Positions 47,448-59,601 of a stretch of DNA of 64,000 bases are shown here, in pieces (positions within the stretch are counted from its first letter, which is position 1; every line of letters starts with the position of its first letter). The DNA lies in the NCBI GenBank assembly GCA_000004985.1, contig GG738848.1; one strand, 5' to 3'. Both the position numbers and the translations under genes were made by a program. This DNA is from Naegleria gruberi. Taxonomy: Eukaryota. Below the pieces are notes generated by a model, which did not search any database, was not told the origin of the DNA, and was given only the letters and a program-made list of their open reading frames with translations.

Positions 47448-48257
47448 TTAACCACCTTTTAATGCACAAACAATTTGAAAAATACAATTATTTTCAATTC
47501 CAATAATTTCACATAATCTTAGCGTATTTACATTAGATTGAGTTGGTATTATTCTTCCTTTTAAAACAATTCTTTGTTTTGGAATTGGAATTCCGAGTTG
47601 TTCATTAATTATTTGTTGTAAATCAAATAATGTACTCGATTCTATATCAACTTGACTGAATGAAATGGTTTGACCACTTAATCCTTTCACTTGAAAATTA
47701 ATTATACTATTCTTTCTATTCAATTCTTGATTTATAACTGTTGCACGTAAATATTCTACATGTTGTAAATGTTTTCTATATATATAAGAATCATGAATAT
47801 TAGATGATGATGATGGTGATAATATTTGATCATCTTCCATTATTGAATTATCTTGATGCATATTATTATTATTACTGTGTTGATTAATAGATAGATCAAA
47901 GCCTATCGTTGATTGTATGTACAAGGAGGAGGAGGGTTGTTGGTGATGAGTTTGGTGATAGAAGGGAGTGTCATGATGATGATGATGTTGATGATGTGGT
48001 GATGGTTGAATGGTGGTAGGAGTATTAGTAGTGATGGTAGTGACATTATGAGAAGTGTTATTATTGAATGAAAAAAGGCTTTGTGAAGGAGGATCAAATC
48101 TCTTCTTTTTTAAACTTGATTCATAATAATTTAAATGTACATGATCCGAATCATAAAAGATAGTTTGGTGATGTGGTAGAAAAGCCTGTAGGGAAAAATC
48201 AGGCTCACACAAATGATCATCTTCATATGAATATTCTTCATAGGTACGTTTACTCAT
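47448..48257 (-). CDS. Protein with a C-terminal ubiquitin-like (beta-grasp) domain terminating exactly in Gly-Gly, preceded by a His/Gln/Asn-rich disordered N-terminal region. About 269 aa.
   Basis: The track ORF starts on an alternative codon. The first real ATG is at 48255-48257 (MSKRTYEEYSYEDDHLCEPDF). C-terminal about 80 aa: NFQVKGLSGQTISFSQVDIESSTLFDLQQIINEQLGIPIPKQRIVLKGRIIPTQSNVNTLRLCEIIGIENNCIFQIVCALKGG followed by a stop. This is ubiquitin-like spacing ending in a free diglycine. Confidence 0.45.
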   Translation of the reverse strand: MSKRTYEEYSYEDDHLCEPDFSLQAFLPHHQTIFYDSDHVHLNYYESSLKKKRFDPPSQSLFSFNNNTSHNVTTITTNTPTTIQPSPHHQHHHHHDTPFYHQTHHQQPSSSLYIQSTIGFDLSINQHSNNNNMHQDNSIMEDDQILSPSSSSNIHDSYIYRKHLQHVEYLRATVINQELNRKNSIINFQVKGLSGQTISFSQVDIESSTLFDLQQIINEQLGIPIPKQRIVLKGRIIPTQSNVNTLRLCEIIGIENNCIFQIVCALKGG

Positions 48258-48321
48258 TTTTTTTGATTTGTTTTCCAGCCTCACTTGGAATATTTTTGAA
48301 ACAAAATTTGTTACCTAAATT

Positions 48322-48333
48322 TTTGGCGCCAAA
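48322..48333. promoter_or_regulatory. Perfect palindromic E2F-type site TTTGGCGCCAAA.
   Basis: Seen directly in the sequence, 64 bp upstream of the ATG of the ubiquitin-like gene, at the edge of a GC-normal non-coding island. Confidence 0.35.
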
Positions 48334-48743
48334 CAAACTTTCTGGATTTTGTAATACTTTATGAATTTGAAAGAATAGTCTGCAAATAAGTAGATTGTTC
48401 CAGTTCCATTAAGGTATTTGGCTACACCCAATGAAAGGCACCACCAAAGCAACCATTTTCCAAACATCCAAAATCAAGAAATTGTAATATTTACAATGTG
48501 CAAAAATACTAATCAGGAATAATTTCACACATTGTAAATACAACATAGATACTATTATTAAATTAATTAATTGTAAAGACTTCATATTTCGAATTCAAGC
48601 TATTAGAAGGATAGTTAAGAAGAGTGGTCTGTTATTCCTTCGCTATTGGGTTACCGTATATTTATGCTTTGAGATAACCATCAAATCTTTTAATCTAACA
48701 AATACATCTCATTTAAATACAATACACAACTTTCACTGGTCAC

Positions 48744-48754
48744 TTTGCGGGAAA
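48744..48754. promoter_or_regulatory. E2F-like motif (minus strand TTTCCCGCAAA).
   Basis: The plus strand reads TTTGCGGGAAA. Its reverse complement matches TTTSSCGC. Lies inside the 48300-49880 non-coding island. Confidence 0.2.
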
Positions 48755-49882
48755 GTTAAATAGCTTTGCAACCTACGAAACGCAGCAAATTTTATGTTCT
48801 AATATCCATACACAACAACATATGGTAACGATGCTTCATTTGTTGTCAAACAACTGAAACACTTAGAATTTATGAATCACTAACTACCATACAGAAGTGT
48901 ATATGTAAATTGAGATAACTACTTTGCACCATACAATAACTGATCATCATCTGTGGTTGTTCATTGATTACCACCGTTTGAGCAACAATCATATTTCCCA
49001 ACGGATGAGCCCAACTAAGATCAAGGATAACAACTTAGGCTAACCAAAAATACTTATAATATTATGTCTATTACGTAATTATACATACTGTAGATCAACA
49101 AACATATCTGAAAGCCCTTTCAATTGCGGTAACTGTTCAGTACTCTTTTCGTTTCACATTTTACGGATGTTTGTCTCAAGAATGGTCAATACATTGTTTA
49201 TTTTTATTTTTTTTACGTATAGTGCTCAAAGCGATTTTAGTTTTTACAGCATATAATATTTGATTGTTTCAACAGCAGATTTTGTTTCTAATTTAAGTAA
49301 TAAACTAAGGTCTCTATTTCTATTATCCAATTTGGTAACCAGTTCATAAAGTGGTCATGTTTTGCACGTTTTACACACATTTAAAGCAAGTTCGTAGTAC
49401 TTCATCTTAATAAAAGAATTGATTTCATGAAAAGTATCCTCAATTTCACCAGTTCACAAAATAATCACTCAAGTCAAAAACCATTTCAACCAATTCAACA
49501 ACCTTCACCTAGTTTGAAGACAGCAACTGGATAAACACTCCAAGAAAACATTTAAAATACTCTTTTTATTAATTCTGCTGGAAGATATTATTCAAATTAA
49601 TCATTAATTATTTTGTATTCCGCAAAAACTGATATTACTACTGGTACTTGCAGCTTGCTATTTGTTTTTATGTTTCAAGAAGGTGAGTTGGAACAAAAGT
49701 TGGACTGTAAGAGAGACGACAAAGGATCTTCAATTGTATTGATTGAGGAATGCAACAACAAAGGTACTTCTCTTTTAGATCCGTTTCCATGGCTAAATAT
49801 GTTCATGACAGTAAAAAAGCGCCGTCACACATTTATGCAATTTGAACCTTTTATCATGCATTTGAGCAATAAAAAAAAGAAA

Positions 49883-52800
49883 ATGGCAGTACGTTAGAGA
49901 TTCTTTAAGATTTTTTAATAGTAAAATTTATCTCTCATATTTTCTCATTGTTTTTGATTGTTATTAATTGTTATTGTTGTTACTGATTGTTTGTTATTAA
50001 AAAGACTTTGAATCAATTCACTATTGCTCATAGTAATAATAGTAGTACTAATAGTAGTACAAATACTGAAAATGATCCAACAAAGAATTGGCAAAGTACA
50101 ATTTTATTCTATGTGAACGGAGAACGTCATGAAATTACAAAACCAAATCCAAACACAACACTTGCAAATTATCTTCGTAAAAAGTTACATTTAACCGGTA
50201 CAAAGGGTATGTTGTTTTAATGTCGTTAAATTATATATTTAAATATATTTTAAATATATTTTAATAATAATAATAATAATACTAAATATTAAACAGTTGC
50301 TTGTGGTGAAGGTGGATGCGGAGCATGTACAGTTGTATGTATTATTCTTTAACAATATTTAATAATAACAATTTAATAATAATATTTAATATTTAATAAT
50401 ATTTAATAATATTTAATAATAGCTTGTATCACATTATGATCATTTAACAAATTTTGTAGTGAATAGAAGTGTTAATGCATGTTTATTTCCATTAATTCAA
50501 ATAGATGGATGTGCTATTGTAACAGTTGAAGGTATTGGTAATAATCATTCAGAAGATGTATTACATTTAATTCAACAACGTTTTAGAGAATTTGGTGCAT
50601 CACAATGTGGTTTTTGTACTCCTGGTTTTGTTATGGCTTTATATTCTTTATTGAGAAATAATCCTCATCCATCTCTTGAGGAAATTTCAAGAGCATTTGA
50701 TGGTAATTTATGTAGATGTACTGGTTATAGATCGTATGTATTATTATATTATTGTTGTTGTTTAATAATAATTATAATAATTATAATAATATTGATTGTT
50801 GTTTAAATGATGACTATGAAATGCATTACCTTAAATATGATACTATTTATGTATGATGATATGATACTATTTATATATGTGATGATATGATACTATTAAA
50901 TATGTTTGGTGATGGTGATTGAATATGATTAGCATTTTTGAGGCAGCTGCTACATTTGCACGTGTTCATGAAGATTCTGAATATCATCCAGCAAAAAGTG
51001 TTTGTAGTATGGGTGATAATTGTTGTAAAAAGACAGGTGAATCTTCTAATGATTGTGGTGGTGGTAATAGTAATAATAATACTAGTAATAATAATGGTTG
51101 TGGTAAGAATGATTGTTGTAAAAAATCACCAACACATGAAAATGATCAACATTCAAGAAGTAATGTAATTGGTAAACATTTATATAATCTAGTTGGACAA
51201 AAACATCCATTATTTCCACATGAATTGAGAAGATATAATCCAAATGAAAGATCACTTTGTGTTGAATCACCTGTACAATCAGGATCAGATAGACATGAAA
51301 CTAAAACTATTTATTATAGACCTTCTAATTTAAATGAATTTTTATATTTAAGAAAGAAATATGAACATGAAAAACATTTACGTATCATTTGTGGTAATAC
51401 TGAACTTGGTATTGAAACTAAATTTAAAAAATTTGATCATTATAGATATTATATTGAAGCTGTTAGAATTCCTGAATTACTTGTTAAAAAAGTTAATTAT
51501 ATTGATATTAATAATACTATTAATAATAACAATGATACTATTAATAACAATGATGATACTATTAATAACAATGATAATGATAATAATAATAGAATTGCTA
51601 AAAGTATTGAAATTGGAGCATCATTAACATTAACAAATTTATATAATTATTTAAAAAGTTTAATAGATGAATTACCAGAATATCAAATTCAAGGTATTAA
51701 AGCAGTATGTGAACAAATTGAAAGATTTGCATCAAATTCAGTTAGAAATGCAGCATCATTAGGTGGTAATATTGTAACTGCATCTCCTATTTCTGATTTA
51801 AATCCATTATGGTTAGCAATGGATTGTTCTTTAAATATTATGAATTCAAATGGTAATATTAGAATTGTACCTTTTAATCAATTCTTTTTAGGTTATAGAA
51901 AAGTTAATTTATTAGATGATGAAATTGTTATTTCAATTAATATTCCTTTATTTAATCATTTTAATACATTATCTTATAATAATATTAATAATATTGATAA
52001 TATTAATAATAATAATACTATTACTAATAATAACAATTTAATTGAAATAGTACATTCATATAAACAATCTAAAAGAAGAGAAGATGATATTGCTATAGTA
52101 ACATCAGGTATGAGAATGATTATAGATAAAAGTAATGGTATTATTAGAGAATGTAAAATATCATTTGGTGGAATGTCATTTAAAACATTATTAGCAGATG
52201 AAACAAGTAAATATTTAATTGGAAAGGAATTGAATGAACAAGTATTTTTACAATCATTAGAATTATTAAAACAAGATGTACCATTAAAAGAGAATGCACC
52301 TGGTGGTATGATTGAATATAGATGTTCATTAACATTATCATTTTTATATAAATTTTATATAAGTGTTTTAAAAGAATCAAAATTGAGAGAATTAACAATT
52401 GATGAAGAATCAGTATTAGAATCACAATTTATTAAACCCTATCCAAGAGGTGAACAAGTATATAGACCATTAAAAGAACAAGGTACAAGTGTAGGTAAAC
52501 CTATACCACATAATTATAGTCATTTACAAGTAACAGGTGAAGCAACCTATGTACAAGATATACCACCTCAATCAAGAGAAGCCTATGCATATCCTGTTTT
52601 ATCAACTAAACCATTTGCTATTATTAAAAAAGTAGATTATAATAGAGCATTAACATTTGAAGGTGTTATTACATGGGTTGATTATAAAGATGTTAAAGGT
52701 TCAAATAGATGTGGTGCTGTTATACATGATGAAGAAGAATTATTTTTAACAAGTGAAACTACTAGTTGTGGTCAATTAATTGGTTTTATTATTGCTGATT

Positions 52801-55495
52801 CTCATTTAAAAGCAATGACTGCTGCTAAATCTGTACATGTTGAATATGAAGAATATCAAAATCCTATTTTATCTATTCAAGATGCTTTACAATTTAATGC
52901 TCCTTCTTTAATTGATAGAAGAATATTTAGAGGTGATGCTATTAATAGATTAAATGAAATTAAACAATTAATTAATAATGATAATTCAAATAATAATAAT
53001 AATAATAATAACAATGATAATAATGATAACAATGATAATACTACTAGTGATAATTCTAATTCTAATAGTAATGAAGAATATGAAATAATTGAAGGTGATT
53101 TAAATATTGGAGGACAAGAACATTTTTATTTTGAAACACAATCATGTTTAATATTACCAGGTAGATATGGAATGTCAGGAGATGAAGGAGAATATGTTGT
53201 ATTTTCATCTACACAATCACCTACACATACTCAATCTATTGTTGCAAGTGCATTAGGTATACCAGATCATAAAGTTATTTCAAAATTAAAAAGATTAGGT
53301 GGTGGTTTTGGTGGTAAAGAAAGTAGAAGTTGTATTTTAGCAGGTATGTTTTTAATTTTTTAATTTTATTTTTAATTTTAATTTAATTTTAATTAAATTA
53401 TTAAATTATATTTAATTATAATAATATATTATTATTATATTTATAATTTAATATAGGAGCTGTTGCAGTTGCAGCACAAAAGACTAATAGACCAGTTAGA
53501 TGTATATTAGATAGAGATGTAGATATGCAATCATCTGGTCAAAGACATCCATTTTATTCTAAATATAAAATAGTAATTAATAAGAAGACATTAAAATTTG
53601 AAACAGTACTTGTTGATACATATGCAAATGGAGGATATTCATTAGATTATTCTAAAGGAGTATTAGAAAGAGCATTATATAGTTTTGATAATGTTTATTA
53701 TTTTCCACATATTGATTTGAAAGGTAAAGCTTTAAAAACTAATTTACCTACAAATACTGCTTTTAGAGGTTTTGGTGGTCCACAAGGTTTAATGATTTGT
53801 GAACATATTATTGAACATGTTTCACATTATTTATCTGTTAAATATCCAAATTTAATTAATCAATTCATTTTAAATCATTTAAATCAATATAATATTTTAA
53901 AGAATGTTATTTTACCTTCTATTCATTTGAATGATAATATTAATGATACAACTATTAATAATATTAATGATACTATTAATAATACAAATAATACAAATAA
54001 TATTAATAATAATACTATTAATATAAATACAAATAATAATAATAATATACAATTAAGTCATTTAATTAGACAAGTTAACATGTATGAAAAAGAGAATGCT
54101 ATAACACCATATAAAATGCCAATTGGTGATGTTCATAGAATTATATTAATGTGGGATAGAATTATTGAAATTACAAAATATCAAGAAAGATTACAACAAG
54201 TGAATGAATTTAATAGTAAAAATAAGTATCAAAAGAGAGGATTATCTTTAATTCCAACTAAATTTGCAATTTCATTTGGAGTTTCATTTTTAAATCAAGC
54301 AAGTGCATTAATTAATATATATAGTCATGATGGTAGTGTATATGTATCACATGCAGGTACAGAAATGGGACAAGGTGTTTCAATTAAAGTTGCACAATGT
54401 GTTGCTTCTTCATTAGGTATTCCAATTGAATTAATTCATATTGGTGAAACTTCAACTGATAAAGTACCAAATACATCTGCTACTGCTGCTTCTGTTGGTT
54501 CTGATTTAAATGGTTTTGCTGCAAAGAATGCATGTGAAAAAATTAATCAACAATTATCATCTTTAAAACAATCTTTATTTCCACATTTATTTAAGAAGAA
54601 TTATTCAAATGAATCTAATACTCAATCTAATGATAATACTCAATCTAATCAATCAAATCAATCAAATGATAATACTCAATCTAATCAATCAAATAATATT
54701 CAAACAAATCAAACAAATGGTGAAAATAATAATAATATAACAACACCTCAATTAAGTATTGAAGAATGGAAGAAATTAGTTAAAGAAGCCTATATGAAAT
54801 GTATACCATTAACAGCTACAGGATATTATAACACACCTAATTTATATATGGATTGGGATAAAAGTGAAGGTACACCATTTTCATATTTTACATATGGAGT
54901 AGCATGTAGTGAAGTACAAATTGATACATTAACTGGTGATTGGACATGTTTAAAAACAGATATTGTAATGGATGTAGGTGATAGTTTAAATCCTACTATT
55001 GATATTGGTCAAATTGAAGGAGCATTTATACAAGGAATGGGATATTATACAATGGAAGAATTAATATTTGGAGATAAAGAACATCCATGGGTACAACCAG
55101 GTCATTTATTTACTAAAGGACCAGGTAATTATAAAATACCATCTGGTAATGATATTCCAAATGAATTTAATGTACATTTATTAAGAGATGAACAAAATAG
55201 ACAATTTCCATCATCTGTATTTTCATCTAAGGGTGTTGGTGAACCTCCTTTATTCTTGGCTTCATCTGTTTTATTTGCTATTAGAAATGCTATTGCTGAT
55301 TTTAGATCTAGAAATTGTAATAATCCTTCTTATTTCATTTTAGATTCACCATGTACATGTGAAAGAATTAGAATGTTATGTGAAGATGATTTTACAAGAC
55401 ATTTTTATAATAAGAATATTAATGATATGGAAAATAATGAAAATAATAATGAACATGTTGAAAATGTTGCATTTAGAGCAAAGGGTAGTTTTTAA
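49883..55495 (+). CDS. XDH: Xanthine dehydrogenase/oxidase. 6 exons (49883-49888, 50005-50206, 50297-50334, 50423-50733, 50933-53343 and 53457-55495). About 1668 aa.
   Basis: Exon 1 is ATGGCA with a GTACGT donor. Exon 2 reads TLNQF...STILFYVNGERHEITKPNPNTTLANYLRKKLHLTGTK. Exon 3 is a mini-exon encoding VACGEGGCGACTV (first 2Fe-2S cluster). Exon 4 reads LVSHYDHLTNFVVNRSVNACLFP...ASQCGFCTPGFVMALYSLLRNNPHPSLEEISRAFDGNLCRCTGYRS (second 2Fe-2S cluster). Exon 5 reads IFEAAATFAR..., the FAD domain, ...RLGGGFGGKESRSCILA (molybdopterin signature GGGFGGKE). Exon 6 reads GAVAVAAQKTNRPVRCILDRDVDMQSSGQRHPF...GVGEPPLFLASSVLFAIRNAI. Donors GTATGT and GTACGT. Many poly-N/S insertions in loops. Confidence 0.75.
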
Positions 55496-55883
55496 AAGTA
55501 ATTGATTGATTGAAAATTTGAAAATAAATTTTTATCCCACACATGCCTCTATTTGTTCATATCATTCCACTTTGTGTTAATCTTGGAATTACTTTCACAT
55601 GCTCTAATACATTTAAAACCCAAATAAATTTGTAATTTTAATTCTTTCATTAAAAGATTCAGTCATGCCTTAAATGAACAATTCCAATAACACCGATTTA
55701 TTATTAAGATTAGAATCTCAACAATTAATCCTACAATGTTATAATGGAAGTAGTAACGATATGAGAGAAAATGTAACAATGAATGGGTAAAGAAATCAAA
55801 CGGACTTTTTAGTGTTACCAATCACCACTATTTATCATCCATTTAAGGATTCATTTTGAAACTAATTTAACACTTTAAAAAAA

Positions 55884-57710
55884 ATGTTACGAAACACTAA
55901 CATTATATTGATGATGAGTTGTGTAATGATACTGATGATGATCATTCACTCAACTCTATCAACACTCACTCCAACAAGTAAATTCATGATATGGCCAGAT
56001 CCAATCACAACAGAATCAAAAGTATTATTATGGGAGAATGGAACTGTTGTAACTAGAACATTGTCTCTATATGATGTTGGTAAATCTGCATGGAATGATG
56101 TTAATGCTGTTACTTCAAGTATTAGAGATACTATTGCAAGTGGTCAAGTTGTATTTGTGTATGTAAATTCAGTTAGTTATATATTTATATAGTAAATATA
56201 TTTGAAATTAGAGATTCATATCATTTTGGTGATACAGGTTGGAGAAATTTATCAGAATGTCCAACAGTTATTGCCTTTGATCAACAAGTAGCTAAAGCTA
56301 TTGGATCTAATTTTGCCATAATTAATATTGAATCAGAGTGGGATGTTGGAGTTGTTTTATCACTCTTTCAAACCAATGAAGGAATTCAATGTTTTCAAAA
56401 TAGAATTCTACAATATAATACCTATGCACCAAATGCATTGATTACATCTGCACCTGGATTATGGAATTCCTATTCAACTTATAATTTCTTTCAACCTGTT
56501 GAAAAAATGTTAAATTTAAGATCACTTAATATTAATGCTGTAAATTCAGGTAATACTACATGTTCGAGAGTATATGATGGATCTTATTGGACAAGTGGTC
56601 AAATGAATTTAAATGAAGCTAAACAATATATTGATGATAAAATTGTTGGTGATTTAACTAAAATGAATAATGCATGGGGTCAAAGTCAAAATAATCAATT
56701 TTTAGCTTTTAGTGCTGTTACTTCATGTGGATGGGGTTTTGATGGTCAGGCTGAAATTTTATCAACTCTTATTAATGTATGTTTTTTTACTATATTTTGT
56801 TGTAATAATTATTGTAATGATTATTGTAATATAGAATTTAGATTGTTTATATGAAAATGGATTTCGTGGATTTAATTTAAGAAATTCAGGACCTGCAGCA
56901 GAATATTGTGCTACAGGTATTAATAATGAACAAATGTATACCTATTCAACATCAGTTAAAAGTGTAGCAGTGTTAAATGAAGGTTGGTTGAGAGTTAGAT
57001 CACTATTTTCTGGAAATGTTAAACCTAATTGTACACTTCCAACATTGGATAATGTTAATATTCAAATATTAAGTGGAAGTGATTCATGGTGGTTAAAATT
57101 ACAAGTTAATCCATCTATATATGTATATGGTAATGTTAATATTACATGTAATGGTGTTACAACAAGTCTTAGTCAAACAAGTTGGTCAACTATACAATAT
57201 ACAAATAGTTTAAATGCTAATTGTCCAAATAATTCAATTGCTATTGTTTCATTACAACCTGTTCCAAATATTGGTACTATTACTATTAAACAATTTACTA
57301 TTAATTATTTTGTTGGAAGTATTGGTGTTCCAATTATTACAATTATTAATAATACTAATACTAATAATTCAAATAATAGTTCAAATAATACTATTATATC
57401 AAATAATTCAACTATAACTAATGGAACTGTAATTAATAATTCAACTATAACAAATGGAACTGTAATTAATAATTCAACAATTATTACAAATGGTACTATT
57501 ATTAATAATAATAGTACTAATAATAGTAATAATACTAACAATGGTAACAATAATAATTCAAATAATAATAATAATAGTAGTAATACTACTAATGCAACAC
57601 CATCTACTATTAATCGTTTGAATAGTTACCATCTTTCAATGTCAAATCATTCTTTTACAATGAATATTATATTACTTATTAGTATTACTATGTTAATTTC
57701 CTTAATGTAG
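55884..57710 (+). CDS. Secreted, probably GPI-anchored, N-glycosylated cell-surface protein. 3 exons (55884-56158, 56212-56776 and 56835-57710).
   Basis: Real ATG with signal peptide (MLRNTNIILMMSCVMILMMIIHSTLS). GTATGT donor at 56159 and TTAG acceptor at 56211 (phase 2), joining ...GQVVFV-DSYHFGDTGWRNLSECPTVIAF. GTATGT donor at 56777 and ATATAG acceptor at 56834 (phase 0), giving ...NLDCLYENGFRGFNLRNSGPAAEYCATGINNEQMYTYSTSVK... Many N-x-S/T sites. Tandem 11-aa repeats NSTITNGTVIN. C-terminal hydrophobic tail NHSFTMNIILLISITMLISLM, typical of a GPI signal. Confidence 0.5.
57403..57510 (+). repeat. In-frame tandem 33-nt coding repeat (about 3 copies) encoding NSTITNGTVIN.
   Basis: AATTCAACTATAACTAATGGAACTGTAATTAAT occurs twice with one substitution, followed by a degenerate third copy. 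Confidence 0.6.
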
Positions 57711-57900
57711 TAAATGAAAACAAAATAATCAAATTCAAATTAAATAAATTTTATTTTAACATGTTGATTATAATAAAATAATCATTTTCAATATTAACTA
57801 TATTGTGTTCTTCTTTTGTGTTTCACTTGTTCTGCTCTTCTTCTTATCAATAATACTATTAATAATAATACTATTAATAATATTATTATTGTAATGTCTA

Positions 57901-58143
57901 TTATGGAGTCATTACAAGTCTAAGATTTTGAAAATTATTTAATAATTCACTATCTAAAATGGTATCATCTGATAAAAAATTACATTTTGAAATAAATGTT
58001 AATTTTTCCTTTCTAATTCCTTCATTTTGTTGTTCAATTTCATTCTTTAATTCACCAATTGTTAATTGATTATTTTTATATTTTTCAGTATTGTAGTCAA
58101 CTGTAATAACTGGTCCAAGTGCTATTCTTAATAATAATTGCAT
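57901..58143 (-). CDS. Small hypothetical protein of about 80 aa, possibly a ubiquitin-like (Hub1/UBL5-like) beta-grasp fold.
   Basis: Real ATG at 58141-58143. MQLLLRIALGPVITVDYNTEKYKNNQLTIGELKNEIEQQNEGIRKEKLTFISKCNFLSDDTILDSELLNNFQNLRLVMTP. The TIGELK segment resembles TIGDLKK of Hub1. The resemblance is weak. Confidence 0.2.
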   Translation of the reverse strand: MQLLLRIALGPVITVDYNTEKYKNNQLTIGELKNEIEQQNEGIRKEKLTFISKCNFLSDDTILDSELLNNFQNLRLVMTP

Positions 58144-58878
58144 TATTCTTCTAATATTATTATTATTTGTTACTAATATGAAGATGATGAGAGAAGAAGG
58201 CAATGAATTGCTGTTGAATTGTTTTTTTAATTTCTATTATTGAGTCAACTGTTGTTCAACAAGTTTAAATTGCATTCGGACAGTCGGTGATGGAATGGTT
58301 TTTAATTGATTTCCAACAAAAATCAATACAAGTGAGAACAAGAGAGTAGTACGTGCGTAGGTGAGTAAGGACAATGGAAAGCATCTCCACAAGAATGTGC
58401 GTAGTAGCAGCTATTGAGTGAAGAAGTAGAGTAATAAAAGGTCATAGCCTAGGTAAGGACAATAGGTGTTGATGTTGTTCTAATAAGAACTCAAAAATAT
58501 TTCTATTTATCGCTCTTTTACAATGAATTCTAAATCGTACTTGAACATATTCCTTATACTTTCAAATTAATTATCCTATTCATTGTTAGTGATGCCATAT
58601 ATGAAATTAGATAATACGTTTGAGATGAAATGTAAATATCTTGTCAGAAGATTATTATGGAGGATATTTGTCAAGCCTTTACAGTTTTTTAAAATTACAA
58701 AATTTTAATCATGATGTACTGTTAATTATTTTTCTTGTAGTTCTATTCCTCTCCTATTTAAAAAGTTAAAAGTAAATATTCATAATTAAATATTAATTTT
58801 CAATCATAAAAAATTGACAAGATTATCATAATCATTTTACATTTTTTTAAAATAATAAATCATCAACAATCTATCGGA

Positions 58879-59601
58879 ATGGATCAATCGTCATCATCTC
58901 ATAATACTAATAATAATATTAATAATTTAATATATAATTATACAATTAATAATAGTATAAATAATGACAATAATAATTTATCATATACATCATTAGAAAC
59001 ATTTAATAGAATGAAATGTTTAGATGATATATCTTCTCTAATAACAGAATATACACAATTAGAATTATTATTTAAAAATAATCAACAATCTAATACAAAT
59101 AATACTGATAATAATAATAATAATACAACAACAACATCTATAATATCATCACAATCATCATCATCATCTATTGATAAAGAAATAAATGAATTAAAAAAAT
59201 CATGTCTTGATAAATTAAATTTATATTCATATAATACAAGTATATTATTATCATCACTAAGTGAAGAATATGATGAACAATTAAATGAAATTGAAAATAG
59301 ATTAAATAATTTTAAAAATGAAATTAATCAATTTAAAAATATTAAAATACCAAATTTAAATAATCAATTACAAATTGAAAAGAAACAAAAACAATTTAAT
59401 GAAGAATATAATTTAATTTCTGAATTAATTTTAAAAAAACAATCTACTAATCAATTACAACATGAAAAGAATTTGCATCAATTGGAATTAAATAAAATTA
59501 AAGAAGAAACAAATCAAAAAAATCAAAAAATTAAATTTTATGAAAAACAATTACAATTATTATTTATTGCTGCAAATGATTTATTAAATAATTTTAAATA
59601 A
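58879..59601 (+). CDS. N/S-rich protein with a C-terminal coiled coil, 240 aa, hypothetical.
   Basis: Real ATG at 58879 (MDQSSSSHNTNNN). C-terminal heptad-like region (LNEIENRLNNFKNEINQFKN...LQHEKNLHQLELNKIKEETNQKNQKIKFYEKQLQLLF). Composition typical of this genome. No domain recognised. Confidence 0.35.
   Translation: MDQSSSSHNTNNNINNLIYNYTINNSINNDNNNLSYTSLETFNRMKCLDDISSLITEYTQLELLFKNNQQSNTNNTDNNNNNTTTTSIISSQSSSSSIDKEINELKKSCLDKLNLYSYNTSILLSSLSEEYDEQLNEIENRLNNFKNEINQFKNIKIPNLNNQLQIEKKQKQFNEEYNLISELILKKQSTNQLQHEKNLHQLELNKIKEETNQKNQKIKFYEKQLQLLFIAANDLLNNFK

Noticed and set aside
48340-49600. tRNA or other small RNA genes in the GC-normal islands.
   Set aside because: I looked for T-loop-like GGTTCGAATCC or anticodon-arm structures. 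TTTCGAATTCAAG at about 48588 does not fit a cloverleaf, and no convincing candidate was found by eye. A tRNAscan or Infernal run is needed.
49613-49897. ORF 49613-49897 (94 aa) just upstream of XDH.
   Set aside because: It has no homology, sits in the GC-normal leader island, and its 3' end overlaps the XDH ATG micro-exon. It more likely represents 5'-UTR or promoter sequence. Its final codons (ATGGCAGTACGT) actually contain the XDH start and donor.
51361-52425. ORFs 50938-51168, 51082-51270-, 51361-51627+ and 52180-52425- within XDH.
   Set aside because: They are alternative-frame and antisense readings of poly-N/I-rich insertions inside the XDH exon 5 ORF.
57214-57550. ORFs 57214-57417+ and 57305-57550- within the GPI-protein gene.
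   Set aside because: They are alternative-frame and antisense poly-L/I readings of the N-glycosylation repeat region.
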